From contig JAVLKG010000007.1 of the NCBI GenBank assembly GCA_032128875.1, positions 64,001 through 128,000 on the forward strand: DNA of 64,000 nucleotides. The letters are read 5' to 3'. The position numbers were made by a program, and so were the translations under genes. The DNA is from Candidatus Melainabacteria bacterium 17Bon1m. GTDB taxonomy: Bacteria; Cyanobacteriota; Vampirovibrionia; Obscuribacterales; Obscuribacteraceae. This document shows, one piece after another, positions 9,115 to 18,995 of the stretch (position 1 is its first letter; every line of letters begins with the position of its first letter). The notes beneath the pieces were generated by a model that saw only the letters and a program-made list of their open reading frames with translations, had not been told where the DNA came from and ran no database searches.

Positions 9115-10041
9115 GTGAATATCGAAAACATTCTGGCCGTGCTGGCAGACCACTGGGTCTGGCTGGCAGTCGTGCTGGCAGTCGCTACTCTCGGGCTGTA
9201 CGTCGCCAAACGCTACAGCTTCTGGAAGGGCGAAGCCAAAAAGTTGCTGGATGGCGGCTATCTGCCGGCCCCGCCGACTTTTCTGGCGCGCCTCTTCTTC
9301 GCCATGGCTACCAGGTTGATTGTCTTCCTGGTCGTCGGGCCCGTGAAGGTCGTTGGTCGTAAGAACGCCCGCTATGACGGCAGGCTCTTGATCGCACCCA
9401 ACCACACTTTCCAAATGGACTTTGCGGTGACGCGTACGGCTCTGCCGTGCCACTACACGCAAATCGCCAAACAGGCTGAAGTGCAGGGCGCGCGCGCCAT
9501 CTTCGCTGCCTGGGTCGGCACCATCGCCGCCAAGGTCGAAGGCGGTTCGGCAAAACCCGGTCAGGGTGCGGCAGTCGTTAAGGCAGCCGCCAACTACCTG
9601 GCTTCGCGCTCCGACACCCGCCTGCTGCTCTTCCCGCAGGGCAAGCTCGTTTACGACAACGTGCTGCGCCCCGAGGACTTCCGTACGGGAGCGGCTCGCA
9701 CCATGGCTCTGGCTGTCAAACAGCTGGGCACGGACGAGTCTGTTGCACTCCTTCCTGTCGGGCTTCACTACAAGCGCGATCCGAAGCACGCCTCGCTGTT
9801 CCAGCGTGCGGTCGGAGCAATCGCGCGCGTCATACCACCCCTCAAGAAGTTCCGCACGTGGGCTGATGTGACGAAGAACCCCGATGGTTCGAAGAACGTC
9901 AACAAGTTCCGCAATTACGGCGCCACCGTCGTGATCGGGGAGCCCATCCCGTTTTCCTCACTGCCCGAAGATCCCCATGAATGCTCGCAGTTCATGCGAG
10001 CCAAGATTCAGGAGTTGCTGGATCAAGCTGAAAAGCTGTAA
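9115..10041 (+). CDS. Lysophospholipid acyltransferase (PlsC/LPLAT family)
   Basis: NHTFQMD (HX4D), LFPQG, VVIGEPI; N-terminal TM; GTG 9115 with SD GGAGG at 9101. Confidence 0.85.
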   Translation: MNIENILAVLADHWVWLAVVLAVATLGLYVAKRYSFWKGEAKKLLDGGYLPAPPTFLARLFFAMATRLIVFLVVGPVKVVGRKNARYDGRLLIAPNHTFQMDFAVTRTALPCHYTQIAKQAEVQGARAIFAAWVGTIAAKVEGGSAKPGQGAAVVKAAANYLASRSDTRLLLFPQGKLVYDNVLRPEDFRTGAARTMALAVKQLGTDESVALLPVGLHYKRDPKHASLFQRAVGAIARVIPPLKKFRTWADVTKNPDGSKNVNKFRNYGATVVIGEPIPFSSLPEDPHECSQFMRAKIQELLDQAEKL

Positions 10042-10084
10042 TTCAGCAGCCCTGCTTCTTGCTAGATAGCAAGGAATCAGGACT

Positions 10085-10915
10085 ATGAGTATCTCAATCA
10101 TCATCGCGATTGCTGCGGTGAGCCTAGTGGCGCTCAGCCTGGTGTGGAAGTATGCGGTGACTCCGCGCGTAAAGCGCTGGAAAGAGTACACCAAGCAGCT
10201 TGCCACCTGCGGGTATCTGGCGCCTCCGCCGACGGACAAAGGGCTGCGTGGACTGCAGCGTTTCTCGCGGTTCATGACCTTCCTCCAGGTCGGCAAAATT
10301 CAGGTTGTTGGGCGGGAAAACCTGGACTCAGTGCCAGGTCCGTTCATGTACTCGTCGAACCATCCCTTCGGTGTTGACGTGGCGGTAATCCCGCTCGTCA
10401 TCAACCGGAAGGCTCGCTACATGGCGCACGAAACCGTGTTCACTTTCGCAGGTGGACTGGGCGCGCACATCGTCGGGCCGTGGGGTGCCTTCGTTGCACA
10501 TGACAGCATCCGCGATGGCGGTGTGCGTGCTCGTGCCGCTGCGACGAAGGTTTTGACGACGGGGCAGAATCTCGTCCTTCTGCCTGAAGGTCTCACCAAC
10601 ATGGAACCAACCATGTTGCCGTTCAAGGACGGCGCAGTTCGTATCATCAAGCAAGCCGCGAAGGAACTGGGTCGCGACGTGTGGATCATGCCTGCTTACA
10701 TGCGCTACGGGGCTTACCCGGGCAAGTGGATTCAGAAGCTCCCGCGTCCGATTCAGTACACCCTGACGATGCTGCTCTTCCCGTTCTACCGCCGCGGCGT
10801 CAAGGTCGTGATCGGCAAGCCGATTGCAGCCAGCCAGTTCTCGGCGGATGACGCGGAAGCGACTCTGCAGCTTCGCGCTGCCATCGAGGCTCTCGACCCG
10901 AAAACGGTCAAGTAA
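10085..10915 (+). CDS. Lysophospholipid acyltransferase (PlsC/LPLAT family)
   Basis: NHPFGVD (HX4D), LPEG, PFKDGA, VVIGKPI; N-terminal TM. Confidence 0.9.
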   Translation: MSISIIIAIAAVSLVALSLVWKYAVTPRVKRWKEYTKQLATCGYLAPPPTDKGLRGLQRFSRFMTFLQVGKIQVVGRENLDSVPGPFMYSSNHPFGVDVAVIPLVINRKARYMAHETVFTFAGGLGAHIVGPWGAFVAHDSIRDGGVRARAAATKVLTTGQNLVLLPEGLTNMEPTMLPFKDGAVRIIKQAAKELGRDVWIMPAYMRYGAYPGKWIQKLPRPIQYTLTMLLFPFYRRGVKVVIGKPIAASQFSADDAEATLQLRAAIEALDPKTVK

Positions 10916-11005
10916 GAGAGCAAACATCCACAACTTCCCAGGCCGGGGCACGTTGAAGCGACCTATACGGCGACTCTTCGTGCCCCGGTTCTTTCTAGGA
11001 CAAAT

Positions 11006-11329
11006 ATGCGCAAATTCGGAAACCTGCTGTACTGGGTGGCTTTCGCCATCGGTGCAGTCTTCCTCGTGGGCTCGACTTTCCCGCAAGCGCCGACCGGCGC
11101 CGCCTCGGGATTCCACGCCCTGATAGCATTCGGTGCCGCGTTCCTGCTGTCGGTCTTCGAAAAGGGCAACAAGACTGCCCTCCAGAAGATCTTCCTGGCA
11201 GCGTTCGGCGCCTTCGCAACCGGCGCAATCGCATACAGCCTTGGCTGGATCGGTTTTGTCGGCGCCTGCCTCAGCATGTTCATGGTCGCCACCATGAAGC
11301 TGGACGGCGGCGACCGAGACGCTGGTTAA
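11006..11329 (+). CDS. Small multi-pass membrane protein
   Basis: About four hydrophobic segments; SD AGGA; codon style matches cluster. Confidence 0.75.
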   Translation: MRKFGNLLYWVAFAIGAVFLVGSTFPQAPTGAASGFHALIAFGAAFLLSVFEKGNKTALQKIFLAAFGAFATGAIAYSLGWIGFVGACLSMFMVATMKLDGGDRDAG

Positions 11330-11456
11330 CACCGGCGCCTTGCATGTTCTCAAACTACAGCGAAAGCTAGGTGGAGGCGACCGGATCTGAAGTCGGAAAC
11401 GATGGAAGGTCCTGTCGCTTTTCACTTTCTTTGGAGTATCGAAAGGACTAAATGCC

Positions 11457-13283
11457 ATGAGACCCTCAACACTAACGGCCACTGACACGCTGCAGACGAC
11501 GTCAGGCGATGCCCTCGGATATCAACGCCCGCAATTGAGACGCGCATTCTGGCAGTCTCTCAACGGGCTCTGGCAGTTTTCTATCGACCGCGACAATACT
11601 CGCACCCAACCGAATCAGGTCGCGTTCGACCAACAGATCACGGTGCCTTTCGCACCCGAAACAGAAGCGAGCGGCATCAACGACACCGGTCTCTACCGGC
11701 GCGTCTGGTACCGCCGGCGGTTCACAGCTCCGCGCCTTACCAGAGGCGAACGGCTGCTCATCCACTTCGGTGCCGTCGACTACGCTGCGAAGGTCTGGAT
11801 CAACGGCAAGCCCGCCGCCGAACATGAAGGCGGATACACGCCCTTCTCCATCGATGCCACCGACTTTCTCAAGCGCGGCAACGCTGAGCAGGAAATTGTC
11901 GTGCGCGCCGACGACGACCCATTCGATCTTTCCAAACCGCGCGGCAAACAAGACTGGGAGCTGAACGCTCACTCGATCTGGTATCCGCGCACAACGGGCA
12001 TCTGGCAGCCGGTCTGGCTGGAAAAGGTGCCGCAGACCCATATCGTGGCGATCAAATGGACCTCGTCCGTCGAACGCTTCGAAATCGGTCTCACCGTGAC
12101 GCTTTCGGAAGCAACGCGCCCGGGCTCTCGCTTGAGCGTCAAGCTGGAAGCCGACGGGAAGACTCTGGTCGATGACACCTACACCGTGAGCGAAGCGGAA
12201 GCGAATCAGCACGAGCTGTCGCGACGCATCAGCATTCCGGACGGCGGCATCGACGACATTCGTGCGCGCCTGCTCTGGAGCGTTCACAACCCCAAGCTGA
12301 TCGACGCTCACCTGGTTCTTTCCGAACCCGGCGCCAAAAGCGAAAAGTCAGCCGACCGCGTGGAGAGCTACGCCTCGATTCGTTCGATCGAAGTGCAGCG
12401 TAATCGCTTCTGCGTGAACGATCGCCCAGAAACGCTACGCCTCGTTCTCAACCAGGGCTACTGGGAAAAGACAGGCATGACGCCTCCTGACGATGCGGCT
12501 CTGCAGAAGGACATTGAACTGATCAAGTCGATGGGCTTCAACGGCGTGCGCATGCACCAGAAGATCGAATGCCCGCGGTTTCTCTACTGGGCGGACAAGC
12601 TCGGGCTCTACGTCTGGGAAGAAATGCCCAGCGCTTACGCCTACAGCGATAAGACCGTCGAGCGCGTCAGTTCGCAGTGGATCGAAGCCATCAAGCGCGA
12701 TGCGAGCCATCCTTGCATCGTTGCCTGGGTGCCGATCAACGAGTCCTGGGGCGTGCCAAGCCTGTCTCAGGTCGATGCGCAGAGGCGCTTTGTCGCCTCC
12801 ATGTATCACCTGACCAAGTCGCTAGACTCCTCGCGACCGGTCATCGGCAACGATGGATGGGAGATGGTGGAAACAGACATCATCGCCATTCACGACTACC
12901 ACCACAACCCGGATGTACTGGAGGAGCGGTATCGTAATGATGCTGCCACCATCGAGCGCACGCTGCGCTTGGAACGTCCCGGACACCGCCTGCTTTTGCT
13001 CGAAGGGCTGCAGCACGACGAGCGTCCGCTCATGCTTACCGAATTCGGCGGCATCAAGCTGTCCGCAGACGAGTCGGCATGGGGCTATTCGGTGGCACGC
13101 AACGAGGAAGAGCTCAAGCAGCTCTATCTTCGATTGATGACTGCCATCAATCGCCTGCCAATCCTGGCGGGGTTCTGCTACACGCAGTTCACCGACACCT
13201 ACCAGGAAGCAAACGGGCTGGTGAAGATGGACCGCACGCCGAAGTTCGACCTCGAGGAAATGAAACGCGCCACCCGCGGCTAA
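11457..13283 (+). CDS. Glycoside hydrolase family 2 (beta-galactosidase/glucuronidase-like)
   Basis: SLNGLWQF, IHFGAVDY, HEGGYTPF, GIWQPVWLE, MGFNGVRMHQK, WVPINESWG, TEFGG, GFCYTQFTD. Confidence 0.92.
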   Translation: MRPSTLTATDTLQTTSGDALGYQRPQLRRAFWQSLNGLWQFSIDRDNTRTQPNQVAFDQQITVPFAPETEASGINDTGLYRRVWYRRRFTAPRLTRGERLLIHFGAVDYAAKVWINGKPAAEHEGGYTPFSIDATDFLKRGNAEQEIVVRADDDPFDLSKPRGKQDWELNAHSIWYPRTTGIWQPVWLEKVPQTHIVAIKWTSSVERFEIGLTVTLSEATRPGSRLSVKLEADGKTLVDDTYTVSEAEANQHELSRRISIPDGGIDDIRARLLWSVHNPKLIDAHLVLSEPGAKSEKSADRVESYASIRSIEVQRNRFCVNDRPETLRLVLNQGYWEKTGMTPPDDAALQKDIELIKSMGFNGVRMHQKIECPRFLYWADKLGLYVWEEMPSAYAYSDKTVERVSSQWIEAIKRDASHPCIVAWVPINESWGVPSLSQVDAQRRFVASMYHLTKSLDSSRPVIGNDGWEMVETDIIAIHDYHHNPDVLEERYRNDAATIERTLRLERPGHRLLLLEGLQHDERPLMLTEFGGIKLSADESAWGYSVARNEEELKQLYLRLMTAINRLPILAGFCYTQFTDTYQEANGLVKMDRTPKFDLEEMKRATRG

Positions 13284-13411
13284 CGCTGGAGGCTCGCATC
13301 ACTCGAGGCTTTAGCCTCAATGGAAGGACTGGGCGCAACCCCAATCCTTCCATTTTTTTCGGCACTTTATACTATACGTTTCAGTATCTCCAAATCTGCT
13401 AAACTCCTATC

Positions 13412-14170
13412 GTGCTTACTTTTCACGTCATTACGCTATTTCCCGATTTGCTCACCACCTACACAGGCGTGAGCGTGATTGGGCGCGGCATAAAAGCTGA
13501 GCGACTAGCGGTTAAAACCTACAATCCACGCGATTTTTGCGCCGACAAGTACAAAAAAGTCGATGATACGCCTTATGGTGGCGGCGCCGGCATGGTTTTA
13601 AAGCCAGAGCCATTCTTCGCTGCATACGAGTCGATTTGCAAGGCTGTTGGAGATGATGAAAAACAGCGTGCAATGCCTGTTTTACTCATGAGTCCGCAGG
13701 GACAACCATTCAAGCAAGCAACAGCGCAAAGCCTGTCTGAGCAAACGGACATCGCGATAATCTGCGGTCATTATGAGGGTTTTGATGAGCGCATCAGAAC
13801 CATCGCCACGCAAGAAATCTGCATTGGCGACTATATTCTCACCGGTGGCGAGCTGGCCTCTCTCGTTGTTATAGACGCGGTCGGCAGGCTTATTCCGGGT
13901 GTACTTGGCAAAATCGCATCAGTGCACGATGAGTCGTTTTCCGATGGCATTCTCGAGGCTCCCCAATACACTAAGCCGCCAGAGTTTAGAGGCATGGAAG
14001 TGCCGGAGATTCTTCGAGGCGGAGACCACAAAGCCATAACGACCTGGCGCCGCAAACAGGCGTTATTGAGAACAATGAAACGCCGCCCGGACTTGTTGGA
14101 AAAAGCGGAATTATCAGCTGCTGACCGCAAACTTCTCGATGAGATTGAATTAGAACTCGAGGGTAACTAA
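13412..14170 (+). CDS. trmD: tRNA (guanine-N1)-methyltransferase TrmD
   Basis: VDDTPYGGGAGMV, CGHYEGFDERI, IGDYILTGGE, PQYTKP. Confidence 0.97.
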   Translation: MLTFHVITLFPDLLTTYTGVSVIGRGIKAERLAVKTYNPRDFCADKYKKVDDTPYGGGAGMVLKPEPFFAAYESICKAVGDDEKQRAMPVLLMSPQGQPFKQATAQSLSEQTDIAIICGHYEGFDERIRTIATQEICIGDYILTGGELASLVVIDAVGRLIPGVLGKIASVHDESFSDGILEAPQYTKPPEFRGMEVPEILRGGDHKAITTWRRKQALLRTMKRRPDLLEKAELSAADRKLLDEIELELEGN

Positions 14171-14238
14171 AGAGCTTCAACGAGCCGCATAGTGGCTTTC
14201 CGGGTATAACATCTCGGGGTTCGGGCTTTGCCGTAATC

Positions 14239-16623
14239 ATGGATCAGGACAATAAACTCGATTCAAAACTAAGAGTTGCCGACAATGCACGCATGCAATG
14301 TCCAAAGTGCAAGGCGCTCTATGCGAGCAACGTTGCATTTTGCACGACCGACGGAACCAAGCTTGAGAAAAGCGAGACTTCAAGCGCAACCTCAGCCGTA
14401 TTCGCGGAAAAATACGAAATACTGAATGAAATCGGCAGTGGTGGCATGGGCACGGTTTATCGTGTCCGCCAAATAATGATCAATAAAATCTGCGCTCTCA
14501 AAGTAATTCCAGCCGACTCACTCAATGATGTGTTGATTAGCCGTTTTCAGCGTGAAGCAAAAATGATGGCGTCACTCGACCATGTAAATCTCGGACGTGT
14601 TTTTGACTTCGGTATTTTCCAAAATCAACCATACATGGTAATGGAATATGTCGATGGAATACCGCTCAACAAGCAGATCTCCGAAGGCGTGTTGCAACCG
14701 GAAGAAGCAATCGACATTTTCGGACAAGTACTGGAAGCCTTAGCGCATGCGCATAAGAAAAACGTTTTACACAGGGATGTAAAACCAAGCAATATCATGA
14801 TTATGCAGTTAAATCCGAACGCTCAATCAGAGACATCTCGTGTGCGTCGAGCAATACTTCTAGACTTCGGTATCGCCAAAAAATTTGACACAGAGGAAGA
14901 TGCGAGCATAGCCGAGAAGAGCAAAACACAAGCTCTGACTCGCACCGGTGAAATGATCGGAAGTCCTCTCTACATGAGCCCCGAACAAGCTCACGGAGAA
15001 AAAATGACAGAGCGCTCGGATTTATACAGCGTCGGTTGCTCTCTCTTCGAATCTCTAACAGGAACACCCCCGTTCGTCGGAAAATCAACTGTCGACACTC
15101 TCATTCTGCATATGGAAAAGCCGGCACCCACCCTGAAAGAAGCCTCGCTGGGCAAGGACTTTCCAGCAGGACTAGAACGAGTGGTCCATACGCTGTTGGC
15201 AAAAAATCCTCAAGACCGCTATCAATCAGCAGACGAAGCGAGACGCGCTCTAGCTCTTTGTCTTACAAGCGGCGCCGAAGCATTGGAACCATCCTCAGTC
15301 AAACCTCAACATGCTATTAGTCCCAAACTTATGTTGTTGGGCGCTATGTCAGTGATCGCAACAATTTCAATCGTTGCCTATCTAACAACCCAAGGAGAAC
15401 ATTCACTGAGAAAGTCTGCATTACCACCTGAAGGTGCTGATGCCATCCAACTGGACAAGACAGCGATTGCAGTCGTCAACGGAATTTTCACAGAAGACGA
15501 AAAGAAGCAAAAACTCAAGCGCCAGAAAAGCAAGGAAGATTCGGATACCGATGAAGATGAGTACGAGGACGACGAAAACCCAATCCAATATAAATTAGAA
15601 GACGAAAAACTTTTGAGCGCTGAAAAGATAATCGGCAACGAAAGAGTGCTCACGTTGCGCGGAAGAAAGCTCAGCAGCGAAGACGTTCGCCTGATTGAAC
15701 AGAACAAAAACATTCAAGTGCTGGGCTTGGTAAGCGCAACTTATCCCCATGAGATGCTGGGCCGTCTGTCCAGCAAGGTACGAGTATTGCGCCTTTCCGA
15801 CACTAACTTGACTGATGATGACCTAAAACTTGTCGGTAAAAATATTTATCTCAATGTCCTTCTGACTAACGCAAACCCTGTTACCAACAAAGGGCTTAGA
15901 CATCTGACTCAATTAAGGTTTCTCTGGCTGTTGGACATAGGCAACACTCAAATTGACGCCACTGGAATTCGTGAACTCAGGCAATTACCAAGCCTGGCTC
16001 AGCTTTCGGTAAAAAACAGCATCTTGATGGACGACGACGCTGCCAGAGAAATTTCAGCACTGGTTGGACTACGCTCACTCAACATGAGTCAAACCAAGGT
16101 AAGCGGCAAAGGTATCTCTCAATTGGCTCATATACCAATGCTTGTTACTCTCTTCCTGGTATCAAACAGGCTCGGGTCCAAGGATTTGGCTGGATTGAAA
16201 GATTGCATCGGGCTGAAGACTTTGGTATTAACGCACAATAAAATTTCCGGTGACGGGCTGAAATATCTTCTGCCACTCAAACACTTGGTCAGTCTTGATC
16301 TAGACCGCAATCCAATCACCGATGAAGGCACAAGTCACTTACTGAAAATGCAGCAACTTCAACATCTGAATATATCTGCCACCAAACTGTCCAAGCAAGG
16401 TGTCATGCGCCTTTCCGCGCTGCCTAACTTGAAGGAGATTTTTGTGCGAAACGTCGACGAAATTGACGAAACTTTCGCTCATGAGTTTCTGACCCGTTGC
16501 AAATCGTGCGACAAATTCGTCTACTTGAGACCGAAAGGCGCAGAATATACCCGCAAAGAATGGTTTTTGGACGAGAAGAGAAAGCAGCACGAGCAGAACG
16601 AAAGCGCTCCCAGCGTCGAATAA
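14239..16623 (+). CDS. Ser/Thr protein kinase: Zn-ribbon, kinase, TM, LRR ectodomain
   Basis: CPKC...CTTDG; IGSGGMGTVY, HRDVKPSN, DFG, GSPLYMSPEQ; TM segment; LxxLxLxxT/N repeats. Confidence 0.95.
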   Translation: MDQDNKLDSKLRVADNARMQCPKCKALYASNVAFCTTDGTKLEKSETSSATSAVFAEKYEILNEIGSGGMGTVYRVRQIMINKICALKVIPADSLNDVLISRFQREAKMMASLDHVNLGRVFDFGIFQNQPYMVMEYVDGIPLNKQISEGVLQPEEAIDIFGQVLEALAHAHKKNVLHRDVKPSNIMIMQLNPNAQSETSRVRRAILLDFGIAKKFDTEEDASIAEKSKTQALTRTGEMIGSPLYMSPEQAHGEKMTERSDLYSVGCSLFESLTGTPPFVGKSTVDTLILHMEKPAPTLKEASLGKDFPAGLERVVHTLLAKNPQDRYQSADEARRALALCLTSGAEALEPSSVKPQHAISPKLMLLGAMSVIATISIVAYLTTQGEHSLRKSALPPEGADAIQLDKTAIAVVNGIFTEDEKKQKLKRQKSKEDSDTDEDEYEDDENPIQYKLEDEKLLSAEKIIGNERVLTLRGRKLSSEDVRLIEQNKNIQVLGLVSATYPHEMLGRLSSKVRVLRLSDTNLTDDDLKLVGKNIYLNVLLTNANPVTNKGLRHLTQLRFLWLLDIGNTQIDATGIRELRQLPSLAQLSVKNSILMDDDAAREISALVGLRSLNMSQTKVSGKGISQLAHIPMLVTLFLVSNRLGSKDLAGLKDCIGLKTLVLTHNKISGDGLKYLLPLKHLVSLDLDRNPITDEGTSHLLKMQQLQHLNISATKLSKQGVMRLSALPNLKEIFVRNVDEIDETFAHEFLTRCKSCDKFVYLRPKGAEYTRKEWFLDEKRKQHEQNESAPSVE

Positions 16624-16703
16624 ATTTACCTCGAATTGCACATAGCACAATATCCCTGTATGCCCATGGGCGCGGGGTATAAGAACTATGGGGGTGAATT
16701 CGA

Positions 16704-18935
16704 ATGGAGCAGGATAAAACTGCACACCTGCGATCGGACCAAGAAGAAACATCGCTGCGCAAGTGTCCACAATGCGACACCATATTCAGCGCCATTACAT
16801 ACTGCCCAAATGACGGCACCAAGCTTGAATCTCACCACGCAGAAGGAATCGGCAGTGTCCTTTTCGCGGACAAATATCAGGTTATCGAAGAAATCGGCAA
16901 AGGCGGGATGGGCACAGTATACCGGGTCAAGCAGGTTTTGCTCGACAAGATTTTTGCACTCAAAGTAATTCCTTCCCATTACCTCAACGAACAGCTTGCC
17001 GTGCGCTTCCAGAGAGAGGCGCGTACTATGGCTTCGCTGGATCACCCCAACCTCGCTCGAATCTCGGACTTCGGGATCTGGCTCAATCAGCCGTTTATGG
17101 TCATGGAGTACATAGACGGCAACTCCCTTTCCAAACTGATTTCCGAGCGTGTAATACCACCAGCACAAGCGGTGGAGTTATTCTCACAAGTTTTGGACGG
17201 GCTCACTCATGCTCATGAGAGAGGCGTTCTGCACAGAGATATCAAACCGAGCAACATTATGATTCAGAGCGAAAACGGCGTTAATAAAGCAGTTTTGCTC
17301 GATTTCGGAATTGCAAAAAAGATTGACTCGCAAGATGGAGTTGTTTCAACTCAAGCACTTACACGTACCGGTGAAATGATTGGAAGCCCGCTTTACATGA
17401 GCCCCGAGCAGGCGCGCGGAGACAAGCTAACGGAGCGATCTGATCTATACAGCCTTGGCTGCGCAATGTTTGAAAGTTTGACAGGAACACCACCATTCGT
17501 CGGCAAGACAGCGGTGGAAACCTTCTTCTTGCACATCGAGCAAACGCCCCCGACATTAAAAGAAGCCGCTCTCGGACGCGAATTCACCCCTGGGTTAGAA
17601 ACAGTAATCAGAAAACTGCTCGCCAAAAATCCGGACGACCGCTTCGTTTCAGCAGAAGAGCTGAAGCATGCTCTGGCTCTTTGTTTGCACAGCGAGCCCA
17701 TCCATCGAGAAGTAAAAATCGAGACAATCAAGAAAAAGACTACACCGATTCTGCCCATCGCAATTCTCGCAATCACCTCGATTATCCTTGTAAGCATCGT
17801 GGGTTTGCTCTTAGAACAAGGCGAAAAAACCTCGAAATTGCAAGCCAAGAAGCTGACCTTGCCTCCGGATCCGGCGATCAGGCTATTACCACTAGAAATT
17901 CCGAATGAAGTAATCAACAATGACAATGAAATCTCGCTTCACGCTGAAGCGAACAGAAACGGGCGTGTGACCAGAGGGAATGGCACTCTGATTCTCGACA
18001 GACAAATCATAGACGAGCGCGCTGCTGATGAAATCTCTCACAATCAAAGCTTACAAAAGCTGGGGATAAATTACAGCACTTTTCCAAAACACATGCTTTC
18101 AAACCTGCCGCGCAGGCTTGACTATCTGGAACTGATAGGGTCAGGACTCACCAGTGAAGACTTCAAGGCGATTGCGAAGAACAGGAGCATTCGCGAGCTC
18201 AACGTGCGAGTCAACGCCGTCGATGCGAGGTGCATCCAAAACCTTGCAGGCATGCCCAATTTGGAAGTACTTGATCTCAACGGCACACATATTGACGCAG
18301 CGGCATTGAAGGAATTAAAACTTCTCGAGAATTTGCGCGGGCTGGTTCTATCAGACAATGAGCTTATCGACGACCAGGCAATTATTCCCATAGCTTATCT
18401 GAAGAGTCTTGAATGGCTCGACATCAGCAATACGCGCGTCACTCCAAGAGGGTTGAAAACCCTATCTCGTCTGGAGAATTTAAAAAAGTTAGGCGTGAAA
18501 AAATTAGCACTAGCCGACGACGATGTTCAGGTATTGAACAATTTCAAAAATATAAAAGTACTCAAACTGGCAGGCAATTCGATCTCTTCAGAAGGATTTG
18601 AAACGCTCAAACCAACACCAATTTACACAGAACTCGACCTGAGCGAAACCTTGCTGGAAGACGATGCAGCCCCACATCTACTGAAATTCAAAAATCTAAA
18701 TTCCTTGCACATTTCGAAGACGAGAATAGCTGCAAGCGGTTTTCTCACTCTGCACAAACTGCCACTCACAGCGATATGGTGCAAGAAATGCAACATTTCC
18801 ATCAATCAGGCATACGAGTTTCTCGATAAATGCCCAACCTGCCAAGTCGTGTACTACACCCACAACGATGACGATGCTTTCACGCGCGAAGACTATCTGC
18901 GCGAAAAGGCAAAATTGTTACGTTCCAAACGCTAA
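16704..18935 (+). CDS. Ser/Thr protein kinase: Zn-ribbon, kinase, TM, LRR ectodomain (tandem paralog)
   Basis: CPQC...CPNDG; IGKGGMGTVY, HRDIKPSN, DFG; TM ILPIAILAITSIILVSIVGLLL; LRRs. Confidence 0.95.
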   Translation: MEQDKTAHLRSDQEETSLRKCPQCDTIFSAITYCPNDGTKLESHHAEGIGSVLFADKYQVIEEIGKGGMGTVYRVKQVLLDKIFALKVIPSHYLNEQLAVRFQREARTMASLDHPNLARISDFGIWLNQPFMVMEYIDGNSLSKLISERVIPPAQAVELFSQVLDGLTHAHERGVLHRDIKPSNIMIQSENGVNKAVLLDFGIAKKIDSQDGVVSTQALTRTGEMIGSPLYMSPEQARGDKLTERSDLYSLGCAMFESLTGTPPFVGKTAVETFFLHIEQTPPTLKEAALGREFTPGLETVIRKLLAKNPDDRFVSAEELKHALALCLHSEPIHREVKIETIKKKTTPILPIAILAITSIILVSIVGLLLEQGEKTSKLQAKKLTLPPDPAIRLLPLEIPNEVINNDNEISLHAEANRNGRVTRGNGTLILDRQIIDERAADEISHNQSLQKLGINYSTFPKHMLSNLPRRLDYLELIGSGLTSEDFKAIAKNRSIRELNVRVNAVDARCIQNLAGMPNLEVLDLNGTHIDAAALKELKLLENLRGLVLSDNELIDDQAIIPIAYLKSLEWLDISNTRVTPRGLKTLSRLENLKKLGVKKLALADDDVQVLNNFKNIKVLKLAGNSISSEGFETLKPTPIYTELDLSETLLEDDAAPHLLKFKNLNSLHISKTRIAASGFLTLHKLPLTAIWCKKCNISINQAYEFLDKCPTCQVVYYTHNDDDAFTREDYLREKAKLLRSKR

Positions 18936-18995
18936 TCAGCGCGCTCTTTGCCTTTACGTCAATGAAAATCGTTTGCCTCTAACCTGTCAGCGCGT

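Noticed and set aside
5941-13283. Prophage or integrative island explanation for the GC-rich blocks
   Set aside because: No integrase, phage or conjugation genes, tRNA target or flanking direct repeats were seen; older horizontal transfer cannot be excluded.
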